This document shows positions 55,205-64,000 of a stretch of DNA of 64,000 bases, piece by piece. Location: assembly GCF_009914755.1 (NCBI RefSeq), contig NC_060928.1. The stretch is one strand, 5' to 3'. Below the pieces are notes generated by a model that saw only the letters and a program-made list of their open reading frames with translations, did not search any database and was not told where the DNA came from. The stretch comes from the human T2T-CHM13v2.0 reference genome, Homo sapiens. The stretch's first letter is position 1. Each line of letters begins with the position of its first letter. Both the position numbers and the translations under genes were made by a program.

Positions 55205-55384
55205 TCAGAGAGGGCCACCAGGTCCAATTATACTGCTACATTCATGAAGATTCTCTTAATGTTGAATGGGATTTACTTCAGCACCTGAAGTAAATTTTGT
55301 AAACAAGACTAAAGCTATAATTTTAAGTACCTTAGAGGAGCTACATTCAAGGAAAATAGATTTCCACAATAACAACTCACAGTA

Positions 55385-55579
55385 CAGTAAGTCCTCACTT
55401 AACGTCATCAAGAGGTCCTTGGAAACTGCAACTTCAAGTAAACATGATGTACTATATGCCTTAGCAATTTAACTGTTGTTTATATCAATTAGCCTGCGGT
55501 AAAATTAGTTGTTATACAGAACATTGTTTCACTTACAGTCACAGTTTCCAAAAACCTTATGTTAAGTGACCACTTACTG
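55385..55579. mobile_element. Tigger-family MITE (MER82-like)
   Basis: TA|cagtaagtcctcacttaac ... gttaagtgaccacttactg|TA. Confidence 0.8.
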
Positions 55580-56192
55580 TAAATGTAAGTGGAGTTTGAT
55601 ACTATTTATGTTGGTACTATAAAATCTTAGTATCACTACAATATTTCACTTTGATAGTCTAGTTAAAGTTAGCTATTTCTATTTTAATGTAAACTTAAAA
55701 ATCCACTTACTTTGTATATAACCTATGAATCAGATTTTCTACTGTTTAAATGGAAATAGAGATGAGTACCTCTACATATATCCAAATTAGCCAACTATAA
55801 TGTTATTGATAAAATATTTACAAAGATCTCTAGGGAAGCAATGTCAAATAGTTATCCAGGTTTAAGTAAAGAAAACCATTCATAATTATAATAGTACTTA
55901 CCTAAGACATTGCCATTACATTTCCTGCTTACATTCCCTTTCAGCTTTATATAAAATACAGAATATCTGTACTCTTCATTTTTTTAAATTAAAATATGTT
56001 CTAGGAAAAAGGCAGGCTATTATAAAAGTAATAACCCTAATATTTTTCTCCTGCTTTCATGAAAAACCATTACAGGATCGTAACACTACAAGAAATGTAG
56101 GGGAAAAGGTAGATACATCTCTAAATAACGTTAACTGGAGGTAAGACTATGTAGCTTCATAAAATATAATATCTATAATTACATTAAAATAC

Positions 56193-56378
56193 CTGAAGGA
56201 AATCCACCCCCAAAAAATATATTAAACAAGTCTTCTGGAGTTATATCAGCTTCACAACCTCTATGGAAATTAAATCTGCCATTGTTTTGGTGGTTACATG
56301 CTTGTTCTTCATTGCCCGTGAGGTCATACTGTTTTCGCTTTTCTGGATTACTTAAAACAGCATAAGCATTTCCAATCT
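56193..56378 (-). CDS. DNAJB14: DNAJB14 exon 4 (end of J domain and G/F region)
   Basis: ttactttttcag|AG ATT GGA AAT ... CCT TCA G|gtattt; (K)[25 protein letters not shown]...[15 protein letters not shown]; 186 bp. Confidence 0.97.
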
Positions 56379-59300
56379 CTGAAAAAGTAATGAGTAAAAG
56401 TTGGTAAGCAAAGTTTTTATATTATAAAAGGCTGCCCCACATAAAAACTAACATCATGCTGAAAAAAAGACTACCTAAAACTATCCAGAAAATTGTTAAA
56501 AATAAGTTCTTTTAAAGATATACATTGTTTGCAATTACATATATTATCTCTCAACACAACTTTTTATACCAGACAAGTCTCTCTACTGCCTTGAAAACAA
56601 AGGAATATCCATCTTCCTTTTTTAATATTGTGCTCCATCTCCTAAAATCCTGCCTCTTAAGCCATTCTTCAAGTGGTTTAAACCAATAACAATAGCAGTA
56701 GCTATCATTTATTGAGTACCTAAGAACTGCCAGGCTCTGCACCCAATACCTTATTACATTGTCCATTATTATCCTCACTTTACAAATGAGGGCCCTGAAA
56801 TTCAAGAAGGTTAAATAACTCATGCAAAGTCAAATTATTCTTAGCACGATAAATACACTCTCTTTATGCAGCCCATACCAAAAATCTTTTTTTGCACCCT
56901 GGAGCCTGAATGAGCTATTTTTTCATTCTATTATCCCAAACAATTTATCCCCTAAAACAGTAAACTCCATAAAGACAGGGACTGTGTTTATGTTTTCATG
57001 GCAATATCCCCAAGGTCCAGCATAAAGTCTGAATTAGTTTTTAAATAAATACAGACAGTCCTCAGTTTTTCTATTTCACTTTGCTACCTTCACAACATTT
57101 ATTTATAAAAAAGAATTCTCTTTCCCATCTCACAGTCCCAAATCCAAAAGAGGTAATGTTACACTGGTTACCAGAATTTACTTAAAACAGCATAAGCATT
57201 TCCAATCTCTGAAAAAGAAATGAGTAAAAGTAGGTAAGCAAAGTTTTTATATTATAAAAGTCTGCCCCACATAAAAACTAATGTCATGCTGAAAAAAAAG
57301 ACTACCTGAAACTAATCCAGAAAATTGTTAAAATTTACAAATTTACCAATTTACAAGTTGTAATGCTTTGAATCTAAAACTAAGAACTATCCTATTCGTA
57401 CTCTGACACTTCTAATAGTTAATCACTTCATAAATACATCTTGCTTCTTAAACTAGATTGTAAGCCTCTTGCAATACAGAATATTTTAAAAATAGTTTTT
57501 GGATCCCATGTGGTGGCTGCCATAGGTACTGTACAAGCAAACAGATGCTCATTAGGTAGTTGTTTTTGGATGATTACACATTACACTGAAATTAATTATA
57601 TACAATACTCTGGATATTTTCTTCTAATCGAGCTTCTTAAAACTGGGATTCAGAGATTGCTTTCAAATGGTGAGTATACCCTGCTGAATGAAAAATTAGG
57701 TGAATGATCCATCTATCTGAGGAGATACTTTCTTCAGATTCTCAAAGAATCTGTGACTCAGAACTGTGGCCATCATTTATGAGTTATTTCAAAGGGAAAG
57801 TATAATCAAAGATCCAAACAATGTACTTACAAACAACATCAAGGTATTAACTCATACCTAAAAAAAGAAGCATATCTATCAATCTCTGCTAAAATTGTAT
57901 TTTTAGTAACAATATCAATTTTAGGATTTAACATCTATAAACTAAAAGGGCTATCCCATGTAATGCAATAATGCTACTTTAATAGTTTTAATACTTTAAA
58001 ACTATTAATATATAGGCAACCCAATTCTATTTTAAGGCTTCCTTTTTTAGAAAAAATAATTTCTAAACATTAAGATATTTTAGATGGTATTTGAGAAATA
58101 CTGTCATAATCTATAATTGTACACATAAGACAATTTATATATTGTGGCCAGAGTAAATTTCTATTCATTTACTTTGTGCTATACCCATATAATCAAGATT
58201 TTTTTGCAGTTCCTTATTATCTAAATAATTATATCCTAAATTTATTTTGGTATTCATAAGTTTTACAAAACGCATTTCTACCTCATTGTCACTTATTTCA
58301 CCAAAAGGTACCTTCCACTTCATTTATTTTTCTTTAAACTTTTAATACACAGATCCACTGTACCTTTCCCCTAATTTTTCCCAACAGTAATATTTTGCAA
58401 AATTATCTTACAATATCACAAACAGGATATTGACACTGATATAGTCAGGATATAGAACATTTCTAACACCACTCTCATGTTGCTCTTTCATAACCACATC
58501 CAACTCCTCCTCCCTCCCTTCCCAACCCCTGACAACCATTCATCTATTCTCCATTTTGACAGTTTTGTCATTTCAAGAATATTATATTAATGAAATAACA
58601 CAGTATATAAATGGGATATTATATGATATATAAATGGAATGAAACCTTTTGGGATTGGCTTTGTAAATCATAATACTCTGGAGATCCAGGTTGTCATATA
58701 TGCCAACAGTTCATTTCTTTTTATTAGTGAGTAGTAGTCCATGGTTAAGGATGTACCACTGTTTAACCATTTACCACTGAATAACATCTAGTTTTTTTCT
58801 AGTTTTTGGCTATTACAAATAAAATTGCTATATATATTCATGTACAGGATTAGGTGTAAACATAAATCTTCATTCCTCTGGAATAAATCCCCAGGAGTGC
58901 ATTGCTGGGTTGTATAGTAGCTGCACAGATTTTTGAGAAACTGCCCAACTGTTGTACAGAACAGCTGTGTCATTATATATCCCATTAACAATGTATGAGT
59001 GATCCATTCCCTGCATCCATACCAGCATTTGGTATTGTCATTATTTTTCACTCTAGCCATTCTGATAAATGTGTAGTGATATCCCATTTTGGTTTTACTT
59101 TGCATTTCTCTAATGACTAATGAATGACAGAGAAAATCTTTCACTGTGCTTATTTGCCCTCTGTATATCATCTTCAAAGGAATGCCTCTTCATTTTTTTG
59201 CCCATTCTAATTGGACTGTCTGTTATTTTACTTTTGAGTGTTTGGAGTTCTTTATATTTAATATATTCAAGATACCTGTCCTTTGTCAAATACGTGCCTG

Positions 59301-59963
59301 GCAAATCTTTTTTTCCATCCTGGAGCTTCTTTTCATCCTCGTAATAAGGCAGAGCAAGCTTAAAAAATCTTAAAGTCCAACTTAACAACTTTTCCTTTTA
59401 TGTACTGTGCTTTTGGGATTAAGTCTTAAAAAATCATTGCCTCACCCTAGATCCTAAAGATTGACTCCCATTATTGTTGATTGTTATGTTTTATATTTAC
59501 ATTCATGATCTATTTCGAGTTCATTTTGTGTATAAGGGATGATACTTTTCGTCAGGGTTAATTTTTTGGCCTATGGGTGTCCAATTGCCTCAAAACCAAC
59601 TGTTGAAAAGGCTATCTTTCCTCCATCGAACTGCTTTTGCATCTTTGTCAAAAAACAGTTGGCTATATTGGTATCAGTCTATTTCTGGGTTTCCTATCTC
59701 GTTCTATTGATCTATGTGTGTATCTCTCTGCCATTACCACGCAGTTTTGTTTACTGTTTATCTATACAGTAAATCCTGAAATCAGGAACACTGATTACTC
59801 CAACTACATTCTTTTAACAGAAATAAATGTTTTTAAATATTCAGGTTCTTTCTTCCCCTCATATGAATTTTAGAATAAAACTTGTTTCTATCTACAAAAC
59901 AAATCCTGCTAGGATTTTGACAGGAATTGTGTTAAATCTGTATATCAATCTGTGATGACTTGA

Positions 59964-60260
<297 letters not shown>

Positions 60261-61339
60261 GACTTGACATCTTTACTATGTTGAATCTTCCCATCCATGA
60301 ACATGATATTTCAGTCCATTTATTTAGCTATTTTCTGATTTCTTTAATCAATATTGTATAGCTTTCAGTATATAAATGTGATAAAAGTTTTATTAAACTT
60401 ACACCTAAGTATTTTTTTGTATGTATGATTGTAAATGCTAATGTATTATTAATTTTAGTGTCTAAATATTCATTGCTAGTAAATAGAAATGCAATTAATT
60501 TTTTGTAGATTTATATTGTGTCCTGCAATCTTACGGGATTTGCTTTGTAGTCACAGTTTTTTCTGTAGATTCCTTGGATTTCTACATAGATAATCATGTC
60601 ATTTGCACATAACAACAGTTTTAGCTCTTCTTTTCCAGTCTGTATGCCTTTTATTTCCTTTTTCTCTCTTTAACGCAGTGATTACTACTTCCTGCACTTT
60701 GTTGAATATGAGTGGTAAAGAGATATTCTTGCTTTATTCTTGATCATAGGGGAAAAGCATTCAGTCTTTCACCATTTAATGTTAGCTTACAGGAGTTCTG
60801 TAGTTGCTCTTTATCAAGTTGAGGCAGGTCCCTTCTATTGCTATTTTTCTGACAGTTTTTATCATGAATGGGTGGTGAAATGTATCAAATGCTTTTATTC
60901 CACTGATTAATATAATCGTGGGATTTTTTTTCTTTAATTAATGTGGTGGATTACACTTATTGATCTTCAAATAGTGAATTGACTTTGCTACCTTGAAATA
61001 AACTTCTATTGTTTGGGGTATATAATTCTTTTTATATACTGCAAAATTCTGATATTTTGTTAAGGACATTTGGGTTTATCCCACAAAGTATACTGGTCTG
61101 TAGTTTTTTTTTTTTTTTTTTTCTGTAATGTCTTTGGTTTTGATATAAGCAAGGTAAAACATTTCTTAACATTAACTGGAAAATGTCTCTTCCTCTTCTA
61201 TTTTCTGGAAGAGATTATGTAGAATTAGTTTTAATTCTTCCTTAAAAAGTTTGGTAGACTTCTTCAATAAGAGCATCTGAGCCTGGATATTTCTTTTTTG
61301 GGAATTTCATAATTACAACTTTAATTCACTGAACAGTTC

Positions 61340-62194
61340 TGTCTTAGTCCATTTTGTGTTGCTATAGAAAAATACCTGAGACTAGCTTATGGTTCTATAG
61401 GCTGAAAAGTTTGTGGGCATAGCCTTGGCTTCTGGTGAGGGCTTTTGTGCTGCATAACATGGTGGAGAAAATCAAAGGGGAAGCAGACAGGTGCAAAGAG
61501 GGGAAAACCTGAGGGGTGTCCTGGCTTTATAACAACCCACTCATTCGGGAAATAATCAATTCCTTCAAGAACTAATCTAGCCTCAAGAGAGCAAGAACTT
61601 ACTACTGTGAGAACAGCAGCAAGACATTCATGAGGGATCTGCCCCCATAACACAAACACTTCCCACTAGGCTACACCTCCCAACACTGCCACATTGAGGA
61701 TCAAATTTCAATATACTGAACCAACCCAAATGTCCAACAATGATAGACTGCATTAAGAAAATGTGGCACATATACACCATGGAATACTATGCAGCCATAA
61801 AAATGATGAGTTCATGTCCTTTCTAGGGACATGGATGAGGCTGGAAACCATCATTCTCAGCAAACTATCGCAAGGACAAAAAACCAAACACCGCATGTTC
61901 TTACTCATAGGTGGGAATTGAACAATGAGAACCCTTGGACGCAGGAAGGGGAACATCACACACTGGGGCCTGTTGTGGGGTGGGGGGAGTGGCGAGGGAT
62001 AGCATTAGGAGAAATACCTTATGTAAATGACGAGTTAACGGATGCAGCACACCAACATGGCACATGTATACATATGTAACAAACCTGCACGTTGTGCACA
62101 TGTACCCTAGAACTTAAAGGATAATAAAAATATATATATAAAATAAAAAATAAAAATAAAAATTAAAAAATTTCAATATACCCAAACCACAGCA
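61340..62194 (-). mobile_element. MaLR LTR (MST-like) split by an L1PA insertion
   Basis: tgtcttagtccattttgtgttgctata ... ggatcaaatttcaa ... caaaccacagca. Confidence 0.8.
61717..62167 (+). mobile_element. 5'-truncated primate L1PA 3' end
   Basis: ccaacccaaatgtccaacaatgatagactg...gtaccctagaacttaaag + A-rich tail; TSD aaatttcaatatac. Confidence 0.92.
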
Positions 62195-62691
62195 ATTTCT
62201 ACAGGGCTATTCACGTTATCTATGTCAGACTGAGTTGTGATGATTTGTATTTTTCAACTAACTGGCCCATCTCATCTAACTTGTAAACTTATGTATATGG
62301 AATTGTTCATAGTATTCTCTTATTATCCGTTTGATGTCTGCAGTGATATCCTTGTCTCTGACACCATTTCTGACAATGGTCATTTCTGTCTTCTTTTTTT
62401 GGTCAGTCTTTCAATTTTATTGATTTTTTTCAGAGAACCAGCTCTGTTTCATTGATATTCACTATTGTTACTCTTTTCAATTGTACTGATTTCTACTCTT
62501 ATAATTTCTTTTGCTTGCTTTGAGTTTATTTTGCTATTCTTTTTCTAGATTTGTAAGGTAGAAGCATAGATAACTGATTTGAGGCTGTTCTTCTTTTCTA
62601 ACATATGCATTTCATGTTACAAGTTTCCTCTCAGCATTCCTTTAGCTGGTCTTCTCAAATTTTAATTGTTGTATTTTCATTTTTAGTTAGT

Positions 62692-62918
62692 TCACTGCGA
62701 GCTCCGCCTCCCAGGTTCATGCCATTCTCCTGCCTCAGCCTCCCGAGTAGCTGGGACCACAGGCGCCCGCCACCACGCCCGGCTACTTTTTTGTATTTTT
62801 AGTAGAGATGGGGTTTCATCGTGTTAGCCAAGATGGTCTCAAATTCCTGACCTTGCGATCCACCCACCTCGGCCTCCCAAAGTGCTGGGATCACAGGCGT
62901 GAGCCACTGTGCCTGGCC
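62692..62918 (-). mobile_element. AluY lacking its 3' end and poly(A) tail
   Basis: AluY-type diagnostics (gagctccgcc, ttcatgccattctcc, gtgttagccaagatgg); flanked by agttag(t/a)tca repeat. Confidence 0.85.
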
Positions 62919-63507
62919 AAGTTAGATCAATATGTTTTTTCAAATTTGTTTTGATATTTCCTGTTTGACCCATGGATACTTAGAAATTTGTTGTTCAGTT
63001 TCCAAGGACTGGACGTTTTCCTATTACCTTTGTGTAACTGATTTCCACTTTGATTCCACTGTGGTTAGTGAACATACTTGTATGATTTCAATATTTTAAA
63101 TTAGTGGAGGTTTATCTTATGAATCAGGATATGGTCTCTCTTCCTGTGTGTTCTGTGGGCACTTGAAAAGAATTTGTAGTCTGCTGTTGTTGAGCGGTAT
63201 GTTGTATAAATGTTGATTAGATCTTGTTGAGTGATGGTGGTGTTTAGTTCTTCTATATTCTTGTTGATTTTCTGTCTAATTGTTCTATCAATTATTGAGA
63301 GAGAGGTGTCAGAGTCTCCAACTATAATTGTGACTTTGTCTATTTCTTCCTCCAGTTCTATTAGTTTTTGCTTTACATATTTTGCAGCTGTCTTTCGGTG
63401 CATATACATTTATGTCTTAAAGGACTGACCCTTTTATCATGTATGTGTTCATAATGTACTTCTCTGGTAATTTTTTTTACTCTAAAACCTACTTGCTCTA
63501 ATATTAA

Positions 63508-63920
<413 letters not shown>

Positions 63921-64000
63921 GAAAACATGCTTTTAAAATGCATTATGCCAAAAGACTTTTAATTGGCATAGACAGGTCACTTACATGTAATGTAATTACT

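Overview
Primate (almost certainly human, chr4q23 by gene order) genomic DNA holding parts of three known spliced genes. (1) The last six coding exons and 3'UTR of DAPP1/Bam32 (+ strand, 693-~17670; SH2-PH adaptor). (2) The complete LAMTOR3/MP1 gene (- strand, CpG-island promoter at ~41.5-42.15 kb, 124-aa CDS over six coding exons, long 3'UTR to ~25.85 kb). (3) The last five coding exons and ~4.8-kb 3'UTR of DNAJB14 (- strand). All exon boundaries were read by hand (GT-AG, phases consistent). The rest is transposon-derived: many Alus, L1/L2/MIR fragments, a near-complete Tigger1, several Tigger-family MITEs, an ERV-L pol/dUTPase remnant with MLT2 LTR, and LTR40 and MST LTRs. I found no evidence of a novel multi-gene system and no CRISPR array. 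The best leads are smaller-scale: an 8-copy palindromic hairpin array inside a Tigger3 relic in the LAMTOR3 3'UTR; a duplicated DNAJB14 splice acceptor plus exon start; a candidate 21-nt in-frame LAMTOR3 microexon; candidate poison and alternative exons; a tailless, internally primed AluY; and several short local duplications. Exon numbers and repeat subfamily names come from recalled knowledge and need database confirmation.
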